Assembly: GCA_048477415.1 (NCBI GenBank)
Contig: DBGBEC010000311.1
Span: 1-43,757, forward strand
Origin: Candidatus Limivicinus sp.
GTDB taxonomy: Bacteria; Bacillota; Clostridia; Oscillospirales; Oscillospiraceae
DNA: 43,757 nucleotides
Direction: 5' to 3'
Shown: positions 7,123 to 14,327 of the stretch, in pieces
How positions within the stretch are numbered: position 1 is the first letter of the stretch
Layout of the letters: every line of letters starts with the position of its first letter
Made by a program: the position numbers and the translations under genes
Notes under the pieces: generated by a model
What the model was told of the DNA's origin: nothing
Database searches by the model: none
What the model saw: the letters and a program-made list of their open reading frames with translations, nothing else

Positions 7123-7650
7123 ATGAACAGATCCCACATGAAGATCCGCATGCTCTGCGAAGGGGCCATAATGCTGGCCCTTGGCCTGGTGCTCAACTAT
7201 CTGCGGCTGTTCCGGCTTCCCAACGGCGGGGCCGTGGACCTGGCCATGATACCTATTTTCATTTTCGCGCTGCGCTGGGGCGCGGCCTGGGGCCTGCTGG
7301 AGGGCTGCGTCTTCGGCATTTTGCTGGTGCTCATCGACGGGGCCATCGCCTGGGGCTGGCAGAGCCTGCTGCTGGACTATGTAGTGGCCTTCATGCCTCT
7401 GGGCCTCGCGGGGCTGGGCCTGGGCTGCTTTCTGCGCTTTGCCGTGCACTATATAAGCGGGGTGACTATCTATGCCATCACCATGCCCACAGAGCTTTTC
7501 GGCCTTGTCTGGGCAAGCCCCTGGACCTATTCCCTGGTCTATAACGGCAGCTACATGCTTTTGAACAGCATTATGTGCTTCGCCGTCTTCGCCATTCTCT
7601 ACAAGCCCCTGGACAAGTATCTTCAGGCGAAGGATCTTGTAAAAGCGTAA
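7123..7650 (+). CDS. thiT: Thiamine transporter ThiT (ECF S-component)
   Basis: This roughly 175-aa six-TM protein sits directly behind the TPP riboswitch and contains LPNGGAVDLAMIPIFIFALRWG. The ATG at 7123 lies 7 nt after GGAGGT. Confidence 0.85.
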   Translation: MNRSHMKIRMLCEGAIMLALGLVLNYLRLFRLPNGGAVDLAMIPIFIFALRWGAAWGLLEGCVFGILLVLIDGAIAWGWQSLLLDYVVAFMPLGLAGLGLGCFLRFAVHYISGVTIYAITMPTELFGLVWASPWTYSLVYNGSYMLLNSIMCFAVFAILYKPLDKYLQAKDLVKA

Positions 7651-7657
7651 GTTTTTG

Positions 7658-7686
7658 TTGACATACGGGGCATTTATAGGTATAAT
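7658..7686 (+). promoter_or_regulatory. Consensus sigma-A promoter (TTGACA-17 nt-TATAAT) upstream of rpmH
   Basis: It has an exact -35 TTGACA at 7658-7663, a 17-nt spacer and an exact -10 TATAAT at 7681-7686. Confidence 0.75.
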
Positions 7687-7721
7687 AATCACCCGGTAGC
7701 CTTTGGCTGCCGGGTGATTTT
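7687..7721 (+). terminator. Strong hairpin plus T-run: probable thiT terminator and rpmH 5' leader structure
   Basis: AATCACCCGGTAGC (7687-7700) pairs with GCTGCCGGGTGATT (7706-7719), giving 14 bp with one G-U. The stem runs into TTTT. Confidence 0.55.
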
Positions 7722-7790
7722 GTCAACTACTTCTGGCCCGCTCCCCGCGGGGCAGATGTTGAGTATCAAACCTGAAAGGAGTGCAAGTAA

Positions 7791-7925
7791 ATGCTGCGTA
7801 CCTACCAGCCCAAGAAGCTTCAGCGCAAAAAGGAGCACGGCTTCCGCAAGCGGATGAAGACTGCCAACGGCCGCAAGGTCCTCGCCCGCCGCAGAGCAAA
7901 GGGCAGAGCAAAGCTCAGCTACTGA
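7791..7925 (+). CDS. rpmH: 50S ribosomal protein L34
   Basis: This gene is too short for the ORF track. My own translation gives [44 protein letters not shown], a textbook L34. AAAGGAG lies 9 nt upstream. Confidence 0.95.
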   Translation: MLRTYQPKKLQRKKEHGFRKRMKTANGRKVLARRRAKGRAKLSY

Positions 7926-7960
7926 GCCGCCCCGTGAGCAGGTCAAACAGGAATATTTTT

Positions 7961-7990
7961 AGGGCGGAGCGATCCGCCCTTTAGGTGTTT
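7961..7990 (+). terminator. Weak or attenuating hairpin after rpmH
   Basis: AGGGCGGA-GCGA-TCCGCCCT forms an 8-bp stem at 7961-7980. It is followed by TTAGGTGTTT, a poor U-tract, so read-through into rnpA is likely. Confidence 0.4.
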
Positions 7991-8016
7991 GGAGAGTTTT
8001 TATCTCTCCGGCAGGA

Positions 8017-8370
8017 GTGAAAGCCTTGAAGCTGAGATATACCTTAAAAAAGAACAGCGAGTTCAGGCGTCTTTACTCCCGGGGAAAAAGCGCCGTGACC
8101 CCCTATGTGGTGCTCTACTGCCGCCGGGGCGGGTCTGTTAACCGCCTGGGCTATACCGTGTCCGCAAAGCTGGGCCACGCGGTGGCGCGCAACCGGGTTC
8201 GCCGCAGGCTGCGCGAGATATACAGGCTCAACTCCCCCGCGCTGAAGACCGGATACGACATCGTCGTCGTGGCCAGACAGCGCTGTGTGGGAGCGGACTA
8301 CCGGAAGATGAACGCCGCTTTTCTCGCCGCCTGCGCCGAGCTGGGGCTTCTCCGGGAGGACAGGCCGTGA
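8017..8370 (+). CDS. rnpA: Ribonuclease P protein component
   Basis: It contains [16 protein letters not shown]...YVVLY...[25 protein letters not shown]. The GTG at 8017 abuts the RBS. The in-frame TTG at 8026, 8 nt after AGGAG, may be the true start. Confidence 0.9.
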   Translation: MKALKLRYTLKKNSEFRRLYSRGKSAVTPYVVLYCRRGGSVNRLGYTVSAKLGHAVARNRVRRRLREIYRLNSPALKTGYDIVVVARQRCVGADYRKMNAAFLAACAELGLLREDRP

Positions 8371-8585
8371 AAAAGCTTTTTCTCGCCGCCATCCGCTTTT
8401 ACAGGCGGAGCATCTCCCCCATGAGGCCGCCCTGCTGCCGCTTTATTCCCACCTGCTCCCAATACGCGCTTGAGGCCGTTGAGAAATACGGCGCCCTGAA
8501 GGGCGGCTGGCTTGCCCTTAAGCGTATTTGCTGCTGCCACCCCTTTTACAGGGGCAAGCGGCAGATGTATGACCCCGTACCCTGA
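8367..8585 (+). CDS. yidD: Membrane protein insertion efficiency factor YidD
   Basis: It contains [55 protein letters not shown] overlap couples it to rnpA. Confidence 0.93.
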   Translation: MKKLFLAAIRFYRRSISPMRPPCCRFIPTCSQYALEAVEKYGALKGGWLALKRICCCHPFYRGKRQMYDPVP

Positions 8586-8613
8586 GAGTAATAAAAAAAA
8601 TTAGGAGTTATCT

Positions 8614-9972
8614 ATGTGGGCAACAATAACTAAACCCTTTGCCTGGCTGATGGTCAAGCTCTATGAGCTCACCGGAAGCTATGGCCTGGCCATCATACTT
8701 TTCGCCCTGGCCGTCAACCTCATCCTCAGCCCCTTCATGGGCAAGAGCAAGAAGAGCATGATGCGCTCCACCCGTCTTCAGCCCCGCATACAGGAGCTTC
8801 AGCGCCGCCACGAGGGCAATCCCCAGAAGCTCAACGCCGAGATGCAGAAGCTCTATAAGGAAGAGGGGGTAAACCCCATGTCCGGCTGCCTCTGGTCTCT
8901 TATCCCCTTCCCCATACTCATCGCCCTGTACAGCGTTATACGTCAGCCCCTCACCCGGATGATGTTCGTTGCCCAGGATTTTGTGACCACCCTCCAGAAT
9001 TTCTTTGTTGAGCAGGGCCTTTATACCATACCGGAGAAGGTCAGCGCATATTTTGAGATAGAGCTGGCGGAGCTGGCCCACAAGCACTGGGATCTGGTCC
9101 AGACCGGCCTGGCCGACAAGATGGACCCCCGGATGATGGACATCGACTTCGGCTTTCTGGGGCTCAACCTGGGCGAACAGCCCCAGTGGAACTTCTTCAT
9201 GCACACCGACTGGAGCGACGCGGCCGTATGGCTCCCCGCCCTGGGCCTCTTCCTCATCCCCTTCATCTCCGCCTTTTTGTCATGGCTGTCCATGAAGATA
9301 AGCAACATGTCGAACCCCCAGAACGACCAGGCTGCCGCTCAGATGAAGACCATGTCCCTGATGATGCCCCTCATGTCCATATGGATCTGCTTTGTCATGC
9401 CCGCCGCCATGGGTATCTACTGGATAGCCAACAGCGTTTTCGGCATGATAAGGGACTTTGTCCTCACCAAGATGTTCAAAAAGCAGCTTGACAAAGAGGA
9501 CGCTGAGCGCAATGCCCTTCGCAGCGCCAGAGAGAAGGAGCTGGAGGAGAAGCGCCTTGAGACCGAGCGGCTCCGGGCCGAGGGCAAGACCGAGAAGAAC
9601 AGCAACACCAGCAAGAAAAAGATCCAGGCCGGCGAGAAGCAGAAGCAGGAGGAGCGGAAGGCCGCCCTCGAAAAGGCCGAGCGGGCCGCCCGCCGCGAGC
9701 GGCTTGGCATAAAGGAGGAGGACAGACCCGCCTCCCAGGTGGGCAACCGCCGCTATGCCAGGGGCCGGGCCTATGTGCCGGACCGTTTTACCAACCCTGA
9801 AAACGCCGAGGCTGCCACCCTCGCCGCTGCGGAGGAGTCTGAGTTCGCCGCCGCCATAGACGAGAGCGTGGAGGACGACGTCATGATAAGCTCCGCCGCC
9901 GCGGAGACCGTGACCGAGGCCGAGGAATATCAGGACGCCGCCCCGGCCGAGGCCGACGGCGACGAGAATTGA
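8614..9972 (+). CDS. yidC: YidC/Oxa1-family membrane insertase with a long charged C-terminal extension
   Basis: The 60-kDa inner-membrane-protein core is present (LAIILFALAVNLILSPF...QPRIQELQRRH...NPMSGCLWSLIPFPILIALY...MPAAMGIYWIANSVFGMI). It follows rnpA-yidD, and AGGAG lies 6 nt upstream of the ATG. Confidence 0.92.
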   Translation: MWATITKPFAWLMVKLYELTGSYGLAIILFALAVNLILSPFMGKSKKSMMRSTRLQPRIQELQRRHEGNPQKLNAEMQKLYKEEGVNPMSGCLWSLIPFPILIALYSVIRQPLTRMMFVAQDFVTTLQNFFVEQGLYTIPEKVSAYFEIELAELAHKHWDLVQTGLADKMDPRMMDIDFGFLGLNLGEQPQWNFFMHTDWSDAAVWLPALGLFLIPFISAFLSWLSMKISNMSNPQNDQAAAQMKTMSLMMPLMSIWICFVMPAAMGIYWIANSVFGMIRDFVLTKMFKKQLDKEDAERNALRSAREKELEEKRLETERLRAEGKTEKNSNTSKKKIQAGEKQKQEERKAALEKAERAARRERLGIKEEDRPASQVGNRRYARGRAYVPDRFTNPENAEAATLAAAEESEFAAAIDESVEDDVMISSAAAETVTEAEEYQDAAPAEADGDEN

Positions 9973-9988
9973 CAGGAGACATTGAGTT

Positions 9989-10720
9989 ATGATAAAAACT
10001 TTGGAAAAGACCGGCCGCACGGAAGACGAGGCCATATCCGCCGCCCTTAAGGAGCTTGGTCTTGAGCGTGACGACGTGTCTGTAGAGATAGTGGAGCGGG
10101 CAAAGTCCGGCTTCCTGGGCATAGGCGCCTCCCCCGCGGTCATCCGCGTAAGCTATGAGGCTCCCGACGAGCCCGCCGCCCCTGCGGTGAGCGTCAGCCC
10201 CGCCCAGGCAGTCCCTGCCGGCGGAGACGCCGATCAGGCCGCCATAAGCGCCTTTCTCAGCGGCCTTCTTGAGCGCATGGGCGTAAAGGCCGAGATGAAG
10301 TTCAGCCCGAGAGACAACGGCGGCATAAGCGTGGAGCTCTCCGGCAGCGGCATGGGCGCCATAATCGGCCGCCGGGGCGAGACTCTGGACGCCATACAGC
10401 ACCTTACCAACTATGTGGTGAACAAGGGCAGCGAAAAGCGGCTCCATGTCAGTGTGGACGCGGAGAACTACCGCAGCAAGCGGGAGGAATCCCTTACGAA
10501 GCTGGCCGAGAAAATGGCCGAGAAGGCCATAAAGTACAAGCGCAGCATGGCGCTGGAGCCCATGAACTCCTATGAGCGCCATGTCATCCACACCGCCCTG
10601 CAAAACTATGAGGGCGTCACCACCAGCTCAACGGGGACCGAGCCGAACCGCCGCGTTGTGGTGTCCTATGTACGAAGCGAGCAGAGCGGCGGCAAGCCCC
10701 AGAGCCGTGAATGGGCCTGA
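9989..10720 (+). CDS. khpB: RNA-binding protein KhpB/Jag (Jag_N + KH + R3H domains)
   Basis: The N-terminal Jag_N region reads GRTEDEAISAALKELGLERDDVSVEIVE. A KH region (IGRRGETLDAIQHL) and an R3H motif (EPMNSYERHVIHTAL) follow. Its position after yidC is conserved. Confidence 0.9.
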   Translation: MIKTLEKTGRTEDEAISAALKELGLERDDVSVEIVERAKSGFLGIGASPAVIRVSYEAPDEPAAPAVSVSPAQAVPAGGDADQAAISAFLSGLLERMGVKAEMKFSPRDNGGISVELSGSGMGAIIGRRGETLDAIQHLTNYVVNKGSEKRLHVSVDAENYRSKREESLTKLAEKMAEKAIKYKRSMALEPMNSYERHVIHTALQNYEGVTTSSTGTEPNRRVVVSYVRSEQSGGKPQSREWA

Positions 10721-10763
10721 GTCCTGAAAATATTTGCGCGCACCGCGTATTGGAGGAATTGTG

Positions 10764-10991
10764 ATGATTTTTGAAAGTGTTAAAGAAGCCCTGGCAAAGC
10801 AGTTCGAGCTTGACCCCGAGAGCATAAGCATGGACACCCACCTTATCGACGACCTGGGAGCCGATTCCCTGGACGTGGTGGAGCTGGTGATGTCGCTGGA
10901 GGATGTTTTCTCCATCGCCATCTCCGACGAGGACGCCGCCCAGCTCTACACCGTGCGCCGGATAGTGGAGTATCTGGAAAAGCTCCAGTAA
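10764..10991 (+). CDS. Acyl carrier protein (stand-alone)
   Basis: The 75-aa protein has the phosphopantetheine site LGADSLDVVELVMSLEDVF. The ATG lies 7 nt after GGAGG. The track start at 10734 has no RBS. Confidence 0.85.
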   Translation: MIFESVKEALAKQFELDPESISMDTHLIDDLGADSLDVVELVMSLEDVFSIAISDEDAAQLYTVRRIVEYLEKLQ

Positions 10992-11002
10992 AGGCATTCG
11001 GC

Positions 11003-11479
11003 ATGGGGGCTGAAATGGACGACGTATACCAGATCCAAAAGCTGCTGTACAGCTACTGCTGGCTGATAGACTCCGGCGACTTCGACGGGGTATGCCAGCT
11101 TCTGAAGGACGCGGACATCTATTATTCCGGCAAGCTTACCTATAAAAAGGACCCCAAGGGCTATATGAACACCCTCAAACCCATCGTCCGCTACGAGGAC
11201 GGCACGCCCAAGACCAGCCATCTCTGTCTGAACCCAGTGATAGAGGTCTCCGCAGACGGGCTGAGCGCCACGGCCAGATCATACACCGTGGTGGTCCAGG
11301 GCATAAGCGGGCAGATGCTCCCCCAGGTGATCTGGGTAGACAGGAAGATGGACCGCCTTGAAAAGGTTGACGGACAGTGGCGCTTCAAAAGCCGCGACTT
11401 TGTCACCCGGGCCGAGGGCGACACCGCCCGTCACATCGACATGAGCGTATTCTCACGAAAGAAAAGATCCAAAGCCTGA
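11003..11479 (+). CDS. NTF2-like / SnoaL_4-family protein
   Basis: The 158-aa protein has the typical SnoaL_4 opening IQKLLYSYCWLIDSGDFDGVCQLL and the C-terminal beta-sheet pattern (DGQWRFKSRDF). Its function is unknown. Confidence 0.65.
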   Translation: MGAEMDDVYQIQKLLYSYCWLIDSGDFDGVCQLLKDADIYYSGKLTYKKDPKGYMNTLKPIVRYEDGTPKTSHLCLNPVIEVSADGLSATARSYTVVVQGISGQMLPQVIWVDRKMDRLEKVDGQWRFKSRDFVTRAEGDTARHIDMSVFSRKKRSKA

Positions 11480-11496
11480 GCCCCGTAAAACAGCAC

Positions 11497-11532
11497 AGCG
11501 CCGCCCAAAAGCCGAAGCTTTTGGGCGGCGCT
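11497..11532. terminator. Bidirectional intrinsic terminator between convergent genes
   Basis: A perfect 16-bp stem pairs AGCGCCGCCCAAAAGC with GCTTTTGGGCGGCGCT around a CGAA loop. A/T runs lie on both flanks. Confidence 0.8.
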
Positions 11533-11595
11533 AAAGTTTGCTTTCAAATAACCTTTGGTCAGGAGCGGCGGTCAACCCAAGGGGTCATATCCGGT

Positions 11596-13488
11596 TTAGT
11601 CCGCCGTGCCCAGGCCCAGGACCACTTTAAAGAGGTCGCCGTCTACCGTGAGGTCCATGCTGCCTTTTTGAAGCTGCATAAGGCTCCTGGCAATAGACAG
11701 GCCCAGGCCGCTCCCCTCGGTATTGCGGGAGCTGTCTCCCCTTACAAAGCGCTCCATCAGCTCATCGCCGCTGATATTGAGCTGGCTGCGTGAGATGTTG
11801 CGGAAGATTATCCGGGCCCGGTCCCCCTGGCGCTCAAGGCTTAGATACACCCTGGTGCCGGGCTGGGCGTATTTGCAGGCGTTGCTCATAAGGTTGTCGA
11901 ACACGCGCCACATATGCCGCCCGTCGGCCATTACCGTCACGGTCTCCTCCGGCCTGGACAGGACGAGCTCCAGCCCTGCGGCGGACAGCTTCTCCGCATA
12001 TTCGCCGGCGGTCTGGTCCAGCAGCACACCCAGCTCACAGCGCTCAAGATTTACAGACAGGTTCCCGGTGGAGGCCTTTGAGGCCTCCATCAGGTCCTCG
12101 ATAAGCTTTTTCAGCTTCGCGGACTGGCGGGACAGGACCTCGATGTATTCCCGGCTCTTCTCATTCTCGGGCTGTTCCTTGCCCAGCAGGTCCACATAGT
12201 TTATTATGGAGGTGAGAGGGGTCTTTATATCGTGGGAGACGTTGGTGATAAGCTCGGTCCGGAAGTGCTCGCTCTTCATGCGCTCATCTACGGCGCGGCT
12301 TATGCCGTCGCTTATGTTGTTCAGGTCCTCCGCGTGGCGGAGAAGCTCACCCCGCATATCCTTCGTGTCTATTTTATAGCCCTCGTTGCCGCCTGCTATC
12401 TCCTGGGCGCCCCGGCGTATCTTCCGGGCGCAGACCACAAAGTACAGCAGCAGGGCGGTGAAAACGGCGCTCTCCACCAGCCAGCCGAAAAGCTCCATGC
12501 CGTTTGAGTATTCGGTGGCGAGGATGAAGATGAACTCCACCAGCAGCAGCCCGCCGAGGGCGGCCCCCCAGCGGCCCAGGAGCGGCAGGGCGCGGACAAG
12601 GCCCATAAGGCCCTGGCAGAGCTTTTTTATGGTGCGCCAGCACCACATCGTCACCCTGTATACAAGGCAGCTTCTCAAAACTCCGCCCAGCTTCAGCCTT
12701 GTGGCGAGACTCATGCAGAAAAGTATCAGGATGGGCTCCCCAACGATGATGGCCAGTGCGGCCACCACTATCAAGGTCCCGGCATGTGTTATGCTCCCAC
12801 CAAAGACCAGGGAGAGCAGCAGGAGCAGCACCGTGCCGATGACCAGGACGAACACGTCAAAGGGTATCCTGTCCAGAGCGTTTGACTGCACGGGCCCGTT
12901 CTCGTCCCGGTGGCCCGCGGCGCACATCAGGAAAACGAACAGCAGCACCCAGACTATCAGGGCCAGGAGCCCGTAGACAATAAGCTGATATCTGGCGAAG
13001 TAGGTCCATTTCAGGATAGAGACCACGGCGCGTATATCGTCATCGGCGCTCATATCCTCCAGGATATAGCCCTTTACATAGTATACCTCCTGATTGGACT
13101 CATCCTCCGGCAGATCCACGGGGAAATAGGGATAAAAATACACTCCCCCCTCCCAGAGGACCGCCTCGCCATTATAGTCCTGGTATACCAGATTCTCTTC
13201 CTCGTCATATATGCTCAGGCGGAAATTGCTTCCATCCGGGTAATCTCCGCTCACATAGCCGCTGTGATACACCCCGCCGCTGAGCACATACTCGCCATAG
13301 TTATAGCAGCGGTCAATGCCCATGCCGCTCAGGGCGTTTTCCAGCACCTGCTCATAGCCGCTGGGGAAAGCGCCGAAGCCCGCCAGCACCACGGTGGCGA
13401 CGAGGCAGGCCACGAAGACCAGAGCCAGCAGCACGCTCAGTATTATAACGCATGCTTTCGCAAAGGGACTGCCCTTCAGCTTTTTCAT
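11596..13488 (-). CDS. Sensor histidine kinase (HisKA + HATPase_c) with a large N-terminal sensing/membrane region
   Basis: The H-box is ELITNVSHDIKTPLTSIINY, the N-box is DNLMSNACKYA, and G-boxes are present (GSGLGLSIARS). An N-terminal TM segment is followed by an aromatic/Gly-rich extracytoplasmic segment and several more TM segments. Confidence 0.9.
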   Translation of the reverse strand: MKKLKGSPFAKACVIILSVLLALVFVACLVATVVLAGFGAFPSGYEQVLENALSGMGIDRCYNYGEYVLSGGVYHSGYVSGDYPDGSNFRLSIYDEEENLVYQDYNGEAVLWEGGVYFYPYFPVDLPEDESNQEVYYVKGYILEDMSADDDIRAVVSILKWTYFARYQLIVYGLLALIVWVLLFVFLMCAAGHRDENGPVQSNALDRIPFDVFVLVIGTVLLLLLSLVFGGSITHAGTLIVVAALAIIVGEPILILFCMSLATRLKLGGVLRSCLVYRVTMWCWRTIKKLCQGLMGLVRALPLLGRWGAALGGLLLVEFIFILATEYSNGMELFGWLVESAVFTALLLYFVVCARKIRRGAQEIAGGNEGYKIDTKDMRGELLRHAEDLNNISDGISRAVDERMKSEHFRTELITNVSHDIKTPLTSIINYVDLLGKEQPENEKSREYIEVLSRQSAKLKKLIEDLMEASKASTGNLSVNLERCELGVLLDQTAGEYAEKLSAAGLELVLSRPEETVTVMADGRHMWRVFDNLMSNACKYAQPGTRVYLSLERQGDRARIIFRNISRSQLNISGDELMERFVRGDSSRNTEGSGLGLSIARSLMQLQKGSMDLTVDGDLFKVVLGLGTAD

Positions 13489-13489
13489 C

Positions 13490-14191
13490 TTATTTACCCC
13501 TTTCCATTTTATAGCCCTGCCCCCAGACGGCCTTTATATACCTGGGCTCAGCGGGGTTTATCTCTATCTTCTCACGCAGGTGCCGGATGTGTACGGCCAC
13601 GGTGCTCTCCGCCCCGTAGGGTTCATCCTCCCAGACCCGGCGGTAAATGGTCTTGGGCTGGAAGACCTCACCCGGGTGCTGCATGAGAAATTTAAGAATG
13701 TCATACTCCCGGGGCGTCAGGCTCACCCGCTCCCCGTCCACGGTGACTTCCTTGCTCTTGTCGTCAAGGCACACTCCGCCTATGCGGATGCTGTTCTCCC
13801 TCGCCGCGCCCCCGCCAAGCTGCATATAGCGGCGAAGCTGAGAGCGGACCCGGGCCAGCATCTCCACCGGGTTAAAGGGCTTTGTTATATAATCGTCCGC
13901 CCCGACGTTAAGGCCCAGCACCTTGTCCGTGTCCTCGCCCTTGGCGGTGAGAAGGATGACTGGCACATTGCTGCTCTCCCTTATCTTTACCATTGCGCTT
14001 ATCCCGTCCAGCTCAGGCATCATTATGTCCATGAGCACGAGCTGGATATCCTCCCGCTTCAAAAGCTCCAGCGCCTCACGGCCGTTAAAGGCCTGAAAGG
14101 TGGCATAGCCCTCCGCCTCCAGATATATTTTCAGGGCGGACACGATATCCCTCTCGTCGTCGCAGATAAGTATGTTGTACACTCTCTTCAC
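13490..14191 (-). CDS. OmpR/PhoB-family response regulator
   Basis: The receiver domain reads ILICDDERDIV...LVLMDIMMPELDG...LTAK. The winged-helix output domain reads LTPREYDILKFLMQHPGEVF...VAVHIRHLREK. The GTG at 14191 abuts the RBS, and the GTG at 14182, 8 nt after GGAGAGG, is the more likely start. Confidence 0.92.
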   Translation of the reverse strand: MKRVYNILICDDERDIVSALKIYLEAEGYATFQAFNGREALELLKREDIQLVLMDIMMPELDGISAMVKIRESSNVPVILLTAKGEDTDKVLGLNVGADDYITKPFNPVEMLARVRSQLRRYMQLGGGAARENSIRIGGVCLDDKSKEVTVDGERVSLTPREYDILKFLMQHPGEVFQPKTIYRRVWEDEPYGAESTVAVHIRHLREKIEINPAEPRYIKAVWGQGYKMERGK

Positions 14192-14230
14192 CTCTCCTGT
14201 ATTTTAACCCGCGCCCAATTAAAAATCGAG

Positions 14231-14264
14231 CCTTAAAACAATTAAGGTTTTCTTAATATCTTAA
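14231..14264. repeat. Cluster of CTTAA/TTAAG motifs in the promoter region of the two-component operon
   Basis: The region reads CCTTAA-aacaa-TTAAGG-tttt-CTTAA-tat-CTTAA (14231-14264). It combines inverted and direct copies and lies 40-70 nt upstream of the RR start. Confidence 0.35.
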
Positions 14265-14282
14265 AATTTTATCCCTCAGCAA

Positions 14283-14327
14283 CAGACCCTCCGGAAAGGC
14301 CGTGCCTTTCCGGAGGGTCTGCTTTTC
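14283..14327. terminator. 17-bp hairpin immediately downstream of lepA
   Basis: CAGACCCTCCGGAAAGG pairs with CCTTTCCGGAGGGTCTG at 14283-14321, 6 nt beyond the lepA stop. The T-run is good on the plus strand and weak on the minus strand. Confidence 0.65.

Noticed and set aside
7651-7790. oriC or a DnaA-box cluster next to rpmH.
   Set aside because: I found no TTATCCACA-like 9-mers or AT-rich unwinding element by eye, and dnaA is not adjacent. The region is explained by a promoter plus a hairpin.
11596-14191. The two-component system as VanS/VanR for the van-like cassette.
   Set aside because: It lies about 8 kb away on the opposite strand, separated by unrelated housekeeping operons. The kinase has a large multi-TM sensor unlike the compact two-TM VanS architecture. 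Nothing in the sequence supports the link.
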